A DNA stretch of 64,000 nt from positions 1 through 64,000 of the IMG/VR virus record IMGVR_UViG_2974521131_000001, one strand, 5' to 3'. The notes beneath the pieces are model-generated. The model was not told where the DNA came from. It was given only the letters and a program-made list of their open reading frames with translations, and made no database searches. The DNA is from a virus (taxonomy: Duplodnaviria > Caudoviricetes). Shown here piece after piece: positions 18,401 to 28,076 of this stretch (its first letter is position 1; every line of letters starts with the position of its first letter). The translations under genes were made by a program, and so were the position numbers.

Positions 18401-21400
18401 TCAAGTCGGGCGCGGGCATCAAGGATGTTGGCACTCAGGCGAAGTTCTCCACGTACACCACTGCGGATCTGAACCGCCAGATCTCCACTGCCAACCAGCG
18501 ATTCCCTGTCCTCGCTCAGGTGGCGTCGGGTATTCCGCCTGTCCTGAACGATTCTTCGTTGGCGGCGGGCACTGCTTCGTCCAAGCTGGCGACCGTCAGC
18601 GACGAGACTCGCAAGCTGGCCCAGGTTCGCTTCCCATCGCTGCTGCAGGTCACCAGCAACATTCCGCCTGCGCTGAATGGCGTTGTCGACACTGCCGGTA
18701 CCGCGTCGTCGCGGATCAAGGATCTCGGTAACGAGGCCTCCACTGCCGCGTCGAAGGTCGGCGGAACGAGCGCTGTCGGCGGAATCGGTGCGAGCCTGTG
18801 GGGCAGCTTCAAGTCGCTGGGTAGCGCGATGCTGCCTGGCGCTGCACTCATGGCCGGATTCGTTCTGGTCACTGCAGCTGTCGACAAGCTGGGCGAGGCT
18901 CATCGCAACGCCGCACGCGATGCGAAGTTGCAGGACGATGCGCTGAAGAACCTTGCCACCACGCTGGATTCGACCACTGGTGCGTTTACTGCGCAGACTC
19001 TCGATGAGTCGCTGCGCACGTTCAAGAAGCCTGTGCCGATCCCTGGTGTGGATCAGAACTTCGTGCCGTTCGACGCGTTCCAGCGTCTCGGTTGGGATCC
19101 TCGCACCACTGCGATCACTGCCGGTGCGCCGAACCAGTCGGACAAGTTCAACGAGCAGCAGAAGGGCTGGATTGACCAGCTCACCAAGGATCTCGAGGGC
19201 ACTGACCTCTGGAAGAACAACGCGTCGAACTTCGGCACGTACGGCATCAGTTCCCGCGATGTCATCATGGCGGGGATCGGTGATCCTGGTGCCCAGAAGA
19301 AGGTCCAGCAGGCCATCGACAACCCCCAGATGGAGTCCGTCGGGGATGAGTTCGGTAGCCAGCAGGCCATCACGTTCCCAGATCTTGCCAAGGTCGCAAA
19401 TGCGTTGCCTAACAAGGATCTATTCGGTGCTGCCCAGGTTCTGACGCAGAACCACCAGACGAATCTCAATGACGCCCAGAACAATCTGGCGATCTCGCAG
19501 ACTCGCAGTGGCAAGCGTGAACTGGGTGCTCCAGCTCAGATCCTCGCACCGTTCGAGCCTGATCTCGGAAGCCTGACGACCAGCGTCTCGGGCGAGGGTG
19601 TTGTTCAGCTGAACAAGGATCCTGGTCCGCAGCTGCGTGAGCAGTGGCGCAACCAGTTCGGTGTTGAGGTCTCGGATCAGCCGAACCCAACTGGCCAGTG
19701 GATTGCAACGATCCCTGCGGGCATCACTGATCAGTGGCTGCCTGCGGTGCCTGGGTACGCCGACGGTGGTCTGGTCCGTGGTCCTGGTGGTCCTCGTGAC
19801 GACGCCATCTTGGCGAAGGTCTCGAACTACGAGCACATCACGAACGCGGATGCGGTTCGTTACTACGGCACCAAGCTGTTTGACGATCTGAACGCGAAGC
19901 GTCTGCCGCGTCTTGCGGGTGGCGGTTGGCCGTTGTCGCCTGCGCCGGTCACTCCGTTTGATCCGGCACCGTTGCCGATCAACCAGGCTGCTACTCCAGC
20001 ACCGCCTGTAGCGCCTCCTGCGCCTGCTTTGGCACCGCCTGCGGCAACTACCGCCACTGAGCGTTTCAGCACGCCTGTGTCGCGTACAGCGCCTCTTCCG
20101 CCTACTCCTGCGCCGACGGACAACTACATTCCGCCGACCGCGAGCTACATCCCGCCAACTGGGTTGGATCTCAGCGGAAGTGGGGCACTACCGGACACCG
20201 AGTCGTCGGCACGCTCGAAGGCTCCTGGCGCGACCATTCCGAACGCCAACATCCTCGGTTACCTCCAGCAGGTAGCGGGATCTCAGGGCCTAGCTATCGG
20301 CTCGGGTGCGGACACCAACCACGGTGGAACGCACAACCCTGACGGTGGCCAGCACTCGATGAACCGTGCGCTGGACATCGGTAACTCGGACCAGGCGAAG
20401 AGCGGTGCCATCTCGGCGTTCGTTCGCCAGTGGATGTCGGATCCGGCGAAGGTCGCGGCTACGCGCCAGCTGATCTTCAACGGACCTGACGGGCCGTACG
20501 GAATCATCAACGGTCGCATCCTGTCGGGTGACGAGCTGCAGGCTGTCTACGGCGGGGATCTACCTGCCCACGGCAACCACGCTCACCTCGCACTCGAGGG
20601 TGTGCCTGCCTCGATGCAGAACGGGCTACAGGGCCTCGTCACCGGCAAGAACGGCGAACTGCTCAACGGTGAGCGTCTCTCGCCGATGGAACTGGTGAAG
20701 AAGAAGTGGGACAACCTCTTCAGCCGTGAGCGCTGGGAGGCTCGCTACGCGAAGGCGTACGACCCGGCAAACGTCTTCAAGTTCCTCGGGGGACAGGCCA
20801 GTGCAGTCGGTAGCGCACTGCTGGGTATCGGATCTCAGTTCCTGTCGGGCATCACCGGCATCAACTTCGGATCGGTCCTCGGACCTCTCCAGGAGGTTGG
20901 GAACTGGGCGCTCGGCGACGACGATGACGACTCCGAGGGTGGAGACGGTTCCGACGTAGCCGGTATGGCGCTGGACCAGTACGCCTCGGGCGCGGGTGGT
21001 ATCGGCGATCCGCTGAACGCGGCGCTGGATGCCTTCAACCCAACTGGTGGTGGCGGCTCCTCGGAGACCCGCAAGTCGGTCTACAAGGCCTTCCTCGAGG
21101 CGGGGTTCCCGAACTCGGAGTGGAACGCGCTGGACAAGCTCCTGGCTGGCGAAAGCAGCTGGGATCCAACGATCTCGAACAAGGACTCGGGTGCGTTCGG
21201 CCTGTTCCAGTTCCTCGGTCACGAGAACGACCAGTACGGCGCTCTGGGTGGCTACAGCCGTGATCCGTACCAGCAGGCCACCGCTGGCATGCGGTACATC
21301 AAGGATCGCTACGGCACTCCTTCGAACGCCTACAACAAGTGGCTGTCGCGTTCGCCGCACTGGTACGCCAAGGGTGGTATCACCGCTGGCGGCAATGCGT

Positions 21401-22233
21401 GGCTGTCGAACGGCGAGTACCGCACTGGAAGTGGTGCGACGAAGTACTACGGCGCTGGACTGTTCAATGCGCTGAACTCCAAGGCGATTCCGCGTGACGC
21501 TATCCAGCGTTTCGCTGAGGGCGGTTGGCCGCTACTGCAGCCGCAGCCAGTTCCTGGCCAGACTCCTGGCCCATTGGATCTTGGGGCACCGGCACCAGCA
21601 CCTGCTGGACCGGCTCCTGCCCCTGCAGCTGGAGGCGCACCAGGACCGGGGGCGACTGCTCCCGCTCCCGACCCTGGTGCCCTCCCCGCAGTCCAGGACG
21701 CCATGTCCTCCATCGGGGGACTGGGTGGTTCCATCGGCGGCGCTGGCGGAAGTGTTGGCCAGCCTGGCGCTTCGCCTACTGACGTAGGTGATCCGCGTGC
21801 TGTCTTCGGTGCTTCGCCTACGTCGAACGACCACAACAACCCGGCGTTGAGTGGCGCGATCCAGGGTGCTGCAGGTGCCATCGGTGGCCTGGCTGGAATG
21901 GCCGCGTCGATGGGTCTCACCACTGTTGGTGGGCCTGCAGCTGGCGGTGCTGGTGGAGCTGGCATCCAGGCTGGTGCCCAGATCGCAGGATCGGCCATCA
22001 CTGGTGGCCTGAACATCCTGTCGTCGCTCCTGGTGGGAACTGCTACGAGCGGTTCGACCCAGAGTGCTTCTGGCGTACCGCTTCTGCCTGATCGCCAGCA
22101 GATGCAGACGGGTGTGCCGCAGATCAACGCGGTCGACAACCGCCAGTACCACGTCACCAACCTTGACGAGTTCAAGCGGGTCCAGGCGACCTCGGACGCT
22201 CAGGCCGCTATGCCATTCATCGGGAAGTACTAA
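15430..22233 (+). CDS. Tape measure protein (2267 aa) with putative peptidase-like and lytic transglycosylase domains
   Basis: Longest ORF, Ala/Gly rich, follows chaperones; ESSW...GAFGLFQF and QHSMNRALD...HAHL motifs. Confidence 0.95.
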   Translation: MAKALAGEAAIRIVPTLRGFKPEADRRLREMTFNPVEVRIDPDLKRATAQMTAWRERQRLNAINVPVKADFKDAQKSLALFTREITTVEHVFKRSSLSKAIRLNVKVFGLDALPALAYAAGSATTAIDALGKSLFLLPGLVGGAMASVGAFAIGMRGISDAFKAYGEETKNSAQHTRDVADANRQIQRSYRDYRSAVRDTVREIQDLNAENRRSSLNVADAVLGVQEAADKLRKGGQNTLLEYRRDQLSYAQAVERLQEVRTKAARTSEDVAEANAKGVDGADRVVDALDAIRDATERLDKTNTSKVADELAKLAPNAAKAVEAAHSLSGAWTKLQQSVQNNLWDGIDKTILDLGQKTLPGLEIGLSRVASGLNANFRSIGESLGQKENGDLMGRIFGNTGAALDRLSAGMDPLINGILRLTKEGTDFLPRLGDAAAKVFGRFDAWTERISKDGSLDKWIDDGLNALTDLGNAAANIGSIISSVADAFTRSGGPQGGLISTLRTATEDLANFLKSADGKQKLIDYFDRARELIGKIKDAIKDMRPFISDAVDVARDWSVVLLGAAGALLKIGKAIEDHTGLLKVMLGGYLLLRTTKPIFDMLTGGWKLYTKAVLLASETTMLSAIPGIKGAADGIRKFRGEVDEAGDAQVAAADKAKKAAAGQATATVSSNASLAAAVQRQVTAYDNLGNRIEAATTKVGNLQRATSQLSATPIGSMASTVSARGDEAARREAAGFGLGTGTLRERLDRANASYAARQAARGVSNETLGTDRSGQAMQQAFMAQWGAQNDRARLTSGGPVGGDLAAARRLSADLANQREAGSAQALLKKWESERNRAGIGLSPVPLPQRLENARDVAAIRRAFAQPAEYRSRGFDPAMRGANLAPWRGGGSLVQPETTPTTGSRWQGPLTAAPKGSTSYSKFFEVKSSGMGAMQGPALPPGFAGVGPTDLRSGSRLGPMQGPQLSAGMLQALSREARQAGPPIATLGQNAIKSGAGIKDVGTQAKFSTYTTADLNRQISTANQRFPVLAQVASGIPPVLNDSSLAAGTASSKLATVSDETRKLAQVRFPSLLQVTSNIPPALNGVVDTAGTASSRIKDLGNEASTAASKVGGTSAVGGIGASLWGSFKSLGSAMLPGAALMAGFVLVTAAVDKLGEAHRNAARDAKLQDDALKNLATTLDSTTGAFTAQTLDESLRTFKKPVPIPGVDQNFVPFDAFQRLGWDPRTTAITAGAPNQSDKFNEQQKGWIDQLTKDLEGTDLWKNNASNFGTYGISSRDVIMAGIGDPGAQKKVQQAIDNPQMESVGDEFGSQQAITFPDLAKVANALPNKDLFGAAQVLTQNHQTNLNDAQNNLAISQTRSGKRELGAPAQILAPFEPDLGSLTTSVSGEGVVQLNKDPGPQLREQWRNQFGVEVSDQPNPTGQWIATIPAGITDQWLPAVPGYADGGLVRGPGGPRDDAILAKVSNYEHITNADAVRYYGTKLFDDLNAKRLPRLAGGGWPLSPAPVTPFDPAPLPINQAATPAPPVAPPAPALAPPAATTATERFSTPVSRTAPLPPTPAPTDNYIPPTASYIPPTGLDLSGSGALPDTESSARSKAPGATIPNANILGYLQQVAGSQGLAIGSGADTNHGGTHNPDGGQHSMNRALDIGNSDQAKSGAISAFVRQWMSDPAKVAATRQLIFNGPDGPYGIINGRILSGDELQAVYGGDLPAHGNHAHLALEGVPASMQNGLQGLVTGKNGELLNGERLSPMELVKKKWDNLFSRERWEARYAKAYDPANVFKFLGGQASAVGSALLGIGSQFLSGITGINFGSVLGPLQEVGNWALGDDDDDSEGGDGSDVAGMALDQYASGAGGIGDPLNAALDAFNPTGGGGSSETRKSVYKAFLEAGFPNSEWNALDKLLAGESSWDPTISNKDSGAFGLFQFLGHENDQYGALGGYSRDPYQQATAGMRYIKDRYGTPSNAYNKWLSRSPHWYAKGGITAGGNAWLSNGEYRTGSGATKYYGAGLFNALNSKAIPRDAIQRFAEGGWPLLQPQPVPGQTPGPLDLGAPAPAPAGPAPAPAAGGAPGPGATAPAPDPGALPAVQDAMSSIGGLGGSIGGAGGSVGQPGASPTDVGDPRAVFGASPTSNDHNNPALSGAIQGAAGAIGGLAGMAASMGLTTVGGPAAGGAGGAGIQAGAQIAGSAITGGLNILSSLLVGTATSGSTQSASGVPLLPDRQQMQTGVPQINAVDNRQYHVTNLDEFKRVQATSDAQAAMPFIGKY

Positions 22234-23144
22234 TGGACACAATGGATTACACCGCGAAGATTGAGATCTTCGGGGTACACGGTGAGTACTTCTGCGTGTC
22301 CGGTCCCGGCAAGGGTGAGCAGGGCGTCGAGCTGATGCCGAAGCTCAAGGGAATGATCGACGCACCTGTGAAGTCGCTCTGGCTTCCAGGTGCGTACGGT
22401 CAGACCTTCGTTGACTTCCGTTGGGAGCGACGAGATGTGGTCTTCACCGTCAACATCTTCGCCGACGACGGCCACCCTGAGACGTGGCGCACCATCGATT
22501 CCCGCTGGCGTTTCGCATTCGATTACGTCAAGGAAGCTCGGATCCGCTTCACCACCTCGGACGGCTGGCGTGAGCTGAAGGTCCGTCTCCTGGAGGAGCC
22601 GCAGGCCTACGACTCGGGCGACTGGGAGGGCAAGGATCCCGCCCTGTACGCCTGCAGCACTGTCGTGATGACGCTGGCCGCTGAGCTGCCGTTCTTCGTT
22701 GGGCCATCGGACTTCTACGAGTTCGACGGGTCTACTGCCAGTGCGCGTAAGACCTTCAAGCTCAACGTCGACTGCGACGTGCCGGTGTGGCCGAAGTGGA
22801 CTCTCACCGACCGGGCGCGGTGGCGTCTGCCCGACTTCTCCTGGGGCAACCAGGAATACGGGCGCGGCATCGAGGACTCGGGACGCACTGTCGTCCTGCC
22901 ATACCTGCCGAAGGGCGCTGGCTGCGTGGCTAATTCGGATCCACGCGTCCAGACCTTGCTGGCCAAGAACAAGATCCACCTTCAGGGCCTATGGAAGGGC
23001 CAGGACTTGCTATACCCAATCGCGGGTGGCACCTACAGCCGGATCCCCGTTGCCGTCAAGGACGCTACGGGTGGTTTCGCTGCACGCCTTGAGGTTCCGA
23101 AGTGGTACACGCGTCCGTGGAGCCGACCAGTGGGGGCGATCTGA
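22233..23144 (+). CDS. Minor tail protein (distal tail, Dit-like)
   Basis: First gene after TMP; typical actinophage motifs. Confidence 0.85.
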   Translation: MDTMDYTAKIEIFGVHGEYFCVSGPGKGEQGVELMPKLKGMIDAPVKSLWLPGAYGQTFVDFRWERRDVVFTVNIFADDGHPETWRTIDSRWRFAFDYVKEARIRFTTSDGWRELKVRLLEEPQAYDSGDWEGKDPALYACSTVVMTLAAELPFFVGPSDFYEFDGSTASARKTFKLNVDCDVPVWPKWTLTDRARWRLPDFSWGNQEYGRGIEDSGRTVVLPYLPKGAGCVANSDPRVQTLLAKNKIHLQGLWKGQDLLYPIAGGTYSRIPVAVKDATGGFAARLEVPKWYTRPWSRPVGAI

Positions 23145-24883
23145 TGACTGCACCTGTACTGGACCGCATCGCGGAGCTGGACCACATCGAGACCGAAGTT
23201 GAGTCGTACCGCGACCAGCTGATGTGGATGCGTATGGCGAAGCCGATGATCACGTTCTACCGCAACCCTGATGACGGGTCGGAAGGGCTTGAGTACTACG
23301 GTCGTGTCGCCTACCAGGACACGATCAAGGCCTCGTTCCCATTCAAGAAGAACGTCAGCGCTCAGGGTGTGCTTGAGCTGCGCTTCGACCACTACATCTC
23401 AGAGTGGTTGCGCGATGTGCCGGATGACCCGATGGCGAAGAAGAACATCGTCATCCGCGTCGACTTCTTCGGTGGGAAGCTGCGCTGGACCGGTCTGCTG
23501 CATCACCACGCGAAGAAGATGCGTGACGGCATGGCGTACATGGAGTTCACGTTCAACGATGACCTCCAGTTCCTCCAGTTCCTTTTGGGGCCACCGAATC
23601 CCGCGCTTCCGATCCCGGTCTTCCAGTGGCCTCGAGTGCTGCCAATTCTGGGTCCGGCCAAGTGGGCGTGCTCAATCATGGTGCTACTCAACCTGATTCG
23701 CGTTCAGGGGCACTTGTGGACGCTGCCAGACGATCCATTTGATCTTAGCCAGTGGTTGTCGATCTTGCCAACTGAATGGGAGAACTGGCAGGTACACATC
23801 AAGTGCAATCCACTTGCGCTGGATGACAGTTCGCTGTGGACGGTGCTCGGCACCCGCATGAACCCCATCGACGCGGTGCTGGCAGATGCGCTCGAGGATG
23901 CGCAGCTGACGATCCGCTGGCGTCGAATCTTCTCCGACGAGGGTGAGTCGGAGACTGGTCTGCTGTTCGTTGAGACTGTCGCGAACGGTGCTCTTGTATT
24001 CGAGATCGTTGACGACAGTGGGTACTTCAATCCACTGCTGGGCGGCACCTTCCTGGGTGGAACCATCATGGACGGCATGGTCCGCTCGGTGGCCGTGTAC
24101 GTCGGCGGATTCATCGAGGACACCGCGTCCGTACTGACTGACGACGAGACCTACCACCCTGACGAGTACTACGGGAGCGGGTGGCTTGCCACCTTGGCGC
24201 AAATGCCGTGGTTGGTCATCAGGGACAGCAGCTGGTCTCCAGTGGAAACGTCGGAGCTGACGTGGAGCCCAGCCACTGCTGTGAGCGTCATCGTTGGTGG
24301 CGACAACCCTGCCGCAGATGCCATCGCTCGGCTAATCATCGAGACCACAGGAAATATCCTCGGTTACTTCCTGATGGGGGGCTTCTCCTCGGCGGGAACC
24401 ATTGCAGCAGACGTGATTATGCCATTTTTGCAGGGCACGATTGCGGCGTGGCTGGAGTGGAAGAACACCGGTCGAGCAAAGAACCTGGGTTGGGTTCACC
24501 TGTGGGAGCTGTACCAGCAGGGTGCCGAGAACAACAGCTGGTCGCTGTCGGCTCTCGCTGCGCTGCGTGGCGGCTTCCTGGCGTCGAAGTCGGAGACCAG
24601 CCACACCCTGTCGCTTCGCGGCAACTCGTGGATCATCCCCGGCGCTCACTTCACCATCGGTTCGCGTATCGGCTCGACCGCTCGCGGCTACAAGAACAAG
24701 ATCTTCGTCGCGCAGTGCGAGGAGATCATCTGCAGCTGGGATCACGGTGGGAACACGCCACTTTCGGTGCAAGTGAAGATCGGCCAGAACAAGGCGGCGA
24801 TGTCGGTTGGCGAACGTCTTGCACGGCTAACCAAGAAGATTAGGGACATCTTGAACAACATCGGTGTTCACCTGGTCAGCTAA
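23144..24883 (+). CDS. Minor tail protein (baseplate hub-like)
   Basis: TGATG overlap; GDHF-like GAHFTIGSRIG motif. Confidence 0.85.
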   Translation: MTAPVLDRIAELDHIETEVESYRDQLMWMRMAKPMITFYRNPDDGSEGLEYYGRVAYQDTIKASFPFKKNVSAQGVLELRFDHYISEWLRDVPDDPMAKKNIVIRVDFFGGKLRWTGLLHHHAKKMRDGMAYMEFTFNDDLQFLQFLLGPPNPALPIPVFQWPRVLPILGPAKWACSIMVLLNLIRVQGHLWTLPDDPFDLSQWLSILPTEWENWQVHIKCNPLALDDSSLWTVLGTRMNPIDAVLADALEDAQLTIRWRRIFSDEGESETGLLFVETVANGALVFEIVDDSGYFNPLLGGTFLGGTIMDGMVRSVAVYVGGFIEDTASVLTDDETYHPDEYYGSGWLATLAQMPWLVIRDSSWSPVETSELTWSPATAVSVIVGGDNPAADAIARLIIETTGNILGYFLMGGFSSAGTIAADVIMPFLQGTIAAWLEWKNTGRAKNLGWVHLWELYQQGAENNSWSLSALAALRGGFLASKSETSHTLSLRGNSWIIPGAHFTIGSRIGSTARGYKNKIFVAQCEEIICSWDHGGNTPLSVQVKIGQNKAAMSVGERLARLTKKIRDILNNIGVHLVS

Positions 24884-24935
24884 CTAGGTGCTCTAACTTC
24901 CATGGGATAATGGGAGGTAGTGGATAGGAGCAGCT

Positions 24936-25391
24936 ATGCCACCTTTGAATGTCCACGCCCCAGATCCTGACTCCCCGAAGGGGATGGCTTTTGTGCTGGG
25001 TGCGGGAATGGTGGATCCCCGACCGGGAAACAACCCCAACCAGCCGATGGCAATCGTTCAATCATGGGAACCCACAAGCGAATTGTGGTACGCCCTCGGA
25101 CTGCGGTACCACCCCGAACTGGCCACCAAGTGGCTGGTCGGCGGTGGGCAGTTCGAGTGCGCCCAGATCGTTGACGAGAAGCCCGACGAGCCCGAGATGA
25201 CTCTGGAGCAGGGTGCCGAAGAGGTGCTCGAGTTCATCGCAGCTGAGCACCCAGAGCATGCCGAGGTTCTTCGGCAGATTCACGCGGCGGGCACCGAGAA
25301 GGAGCGCATCAAGTTGGTGCGCCAGTACGACGCCGAGATCAAACGCATGTTGACGCTGATCAAGTACATCAGCACCAAGCCCCAGGAGTAG
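24936..25391 (+). CDS. Minor tail protein (DUF2744-like)
   Basis: SELWYALGLRYHPEL...KW motif. Confidence 0.7.
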   Translation: MPPLNVHAPDPDSPKGMAFVLGAGMVDPRPGNNPNQPMAIVQSWEPTSELWYALGLRYHPELATKWLVGGGQFECAQIVDEKPDEPEMTLEQGAEEVLEFIAAEHPEHAEVLRQIHAAGTEKERIKLVRQYDAEIKRMLTLIKYISTKPQE

Positions 25392-25394
25392 CCG

Positions 25395-28076
25395 GTGACT
25401 TACCCAGTCGAAGCTGGCGACGATGGCTACAACATCGACGGCTGGGACGGACCTGTTGTCGGAGCGGGACTTTCGAATCTGTCTGCCCGCACCGAGGACG
25501 CCATCAAGGCGATGCTTCAGGATCGGGTCAACAACAACTCGACCCTGAAGGACTTCTCGGACAAGGTGTTCGAGGGTGTCGACGCCACGCTAGGTGTGGT
25601 GCTCGGCCCCCTGATGGCGCTGGTACACAGGATGTTCCCGCACATCGATCTGTCGGGAATCACCACTACCAGCGGCCTCCTGGCTCTGGTGCAGAAGGTT
25701 CCCGGCCTTGGTGACCTCGTTGAGCTGATCACGGGCATTGAGGACGGTGACGAGAACGATCTCGGCACCTACTTCCTGAACATCCGCCGCTTCTTCGAGG
25801 CGGTCGACTTCACTGATCCCGACTTCGATCCGGCTGCCGCAGCAAAGCAGTTCACCGAGATCGTGGTGAAGCCGTTCATCGACGCGCTCACTGGGCTGAT
25901 CGGTGGCGAGTGGCTGCCTGAGATCCCCGTGGGTCACATCGGCCTGGGTATGCCGAACCTGGTTGTCAACGGCGCGTTCAACGCTGAGGTCTCCATGGCT
26001 GAGGTGGACGGCTGGGACTGGGACGGCACCGTCGACCACACCGGCACCGAGGGTTCGGGGTCGGCCATGTGTGTTGCTGACGGCACCCTCAAGAAGCTCT
26101 ACACCGAGAAGATCGGTGTCTCCAAGGATCAGAAGCTCGACGCGTCCGTGTACGTGATGTACGCCGGGGCGACCTCGGGCGCGATCCAGGTGCAGCTGGC
26201 CTACTACAACGGCGATACCCCTGGCCCTGTTGTGGTGCTGGGATCGATCTCTCCCTCCGGTTCTGCCGGGTGGACGAAGATCGGCGGCACTCACACCGTC
26301 CCCGACAACGTCGACAGCGTGGCCGTGGTGCTCGTTGTGTCTGCTGCTGTTACTGCGGGCGTAATTCATTTCGATGACGCGGACATCCATAAGACCGGCC
26401 TATTGCCGCAGATGCTTGTGGATGGATTGGTCCAGGCCCTCACTGACCTACTGAGCTGGCTCGAGTCGCTAGTCGACAATGTCCTGGCGGCATTGGGAAT
26501 TGACGTTTCCGGCTCGCTGGTTGAGCGCATTGGCCATCTCGCTGATGAATTCGGCGATTGGCTTTCTTCGACTGAGAGCACTGCCGCCGATTTGTTGAAT
26601 CTGGTCGGCAAGCTATTGACCGATCCCGGTTCGGTTATCGGCCCATTGGCGCAGTCGATGATCACTGGTCTGGGAACTGCGCTGGGCAATTTGAACACGG
26701 CGATCAACCAGATCGGTGACGTGCTTATTGGCAATGTAGTGACGCCAATCAGCACTGCCATTGGCAATGTCGTGGACTGGTTCAACAGCCTGGTGAATTT
26801 CCAGAACACCACTACGTCGAATCAGGTCAACCAGCAGAACTTCCAGATCGCTGCGCTGACGCAGGGTTACCGCAACCCGACGTGGGTGTGCCGCTACTCG
26901 ATTGGTGACGTGACCTACCCCGAGGTCATGAACATGAGCCAGTCGGTGTCGGGTGTTACCGGCGCACAGTCGGCGGGCACTGCTCACACGCACCCCATCG
27001 ACTCGAATGATGTTGAGGCGTTCGCCGCGCCATGGCGCATCTCGCAGAACGCTGCACGCCTCGCACGCATCACTGCGTCGAACACCACGGTGTGGGACAC
27101 CATCGGCGTCACCTTGAACAAGGACAACGGTGTTCTGAACAACGTCTACCTCGAGTTGTTCCGTGAAGACGCGGCTGGCGCACTCACGCTGGTGTCTTCG
27201 GCGGAAGTATCCGCGCAGATCAACGACTATGACGTGGACATTTACGTCGAGGCGACTCTGCCTGGCGTCATCGCCCAGGAGGGCGAGATGTACTGGGTGC
27301 GGGTTCGCAACAGTTCAACCACGACCACTGGGCTTTGGGTTCGTGCGATGTCGTGGCGCGACGGCTTGGCCAACACGTGCGGCTACGCGGACAGCACTCT
27401 GGCGACGAAGACTTCGTACACGGCAGCAGAGCTTGTGTCGATGACGACGAATGGTTCGTCGTTCCCGATGATGTGGGCGCTCGTTGCGACGAAGAATCAG
27501 GCGGGCAACGACCAGACACACACCGACGACTACAACCGTGGAACGCTCGGCTCGCTGTGGTTCCTGAAGTCGGACACCGCCACCAACCAGATCACGATCT
27601 CGGGTAACCGCGCTTCGTTCTCCGGTCTCACTGACGGCTCACAGAACGCGCTCTACATTCGCCCGACTGGCGGGGACAGGATCCTCGTTGAAGGAACGCT
27701 TTACGAGACCACGGTCGCCGTAACTGGCCCGCGTTGTGGCCTGCTGCTGAATTGCTCGCGTGACCTGAGCCAGGTTGTTTATCTGGGCGTCAACCTGAAT
27801 ACCGCGAAGATCTACACCGGCCCTTACAACTCGCTCACTGAGCGGGCCTCGGTTGCTTCTGTGCTGAATGACACGACATGGCAGCTGTATTACGACCCGG
27901 CCACCGGCACGTACTACGTACGAAAGAACGGGCAGGACATCGGCCTGAGTTGGGCTGACACCGGATCGCTTATGAAGCATGGCCCGAACTTCCGATATGG
28001 CGGAATTCGGATTAGTCGGTCGACCGCATTCAACGCGGGCCGAATCGACAACTGGACTCTGAAGGATTGGTCGTGA
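25395..28076 (+). CDS. Minor tail protein with carbohydrate-binding-like modules
   Basis: NLVVNGAF...HFDDA module; C-terminal beta-rich domain ending RIDNW. Confidence 0.85.
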   Translation: MTYPVEAGDDGYNIDGWDGPVVGAGLSNLSARTEDAIKAMLQDRVNNNSTLKDFSDKVFEGVDATLGVVLGPLMALVHRMFPHIDLSGITTTSGLLALVQKVPGLGDLVELITGIEDGDENDLGTYFLNIRRFFEAVDFTDPDFDPAAAAKQFTEIVVKPFIDALTGLIGGEWLPEIPVGHIGLGMPNLVVNGAFNAEVSMAEVDGWDWDGTVDHTGTEGSGSAMCVADGTLKKLYTEKIGVSKDQKLDASVYVMYAGATSGAIQVQLAYYNGDTPGPVVVLGSISPSGSAGWTKIGGTHTVPDNVDSVAVVLVVSAAVTAGVIHFDDADIHKTGLLPQMLVDGLVQALTDLLSWLESLVDNVLAALGIDVSGSLVERIGHLADEFGDWLSSTESTAADLLNLVGKLLTDPGSVIGPLAQSMITGLGTALGNLNTAINQIGDVLIGNVVTPISTAIGNVVDWFNSLVNFQNTTTSNQVNQQNFQIAALTQGYRNPTWVCRYSIGDVTYPEVMNMSQSVSGVTGAQSAGTAHTHPIDSNDVEAFAAPWRISQNAARLARITASNTTVWDTIGVTLNKDNGVLNNVYLELFREDAAGALTLVSSAEVSAQINDYDVDIYVEATLPGVIAQEGEMYWVRVRNSSTTTTGLWVRAMSWRDGLANTCGYADSTLATKTSYTAAELVSMTTNGSSFPMMWALVATKNQAGNDQTHTDDYNRGTLGSLWFLKSDTATNQITISGNRASFSGLTDGSQNALYIRPTGGDRILVEGTLYETTVAVTGPRCGLLLNCSRDLSQVVYLGVNLNTAKIYTGPYNSLTERASVASVLNDTTWQLYYDPATGTYYVRKNGQDIGLSWADTGSLMKHGPNFRYGGIRISRSTAFNAGRIDNWTLKDWS

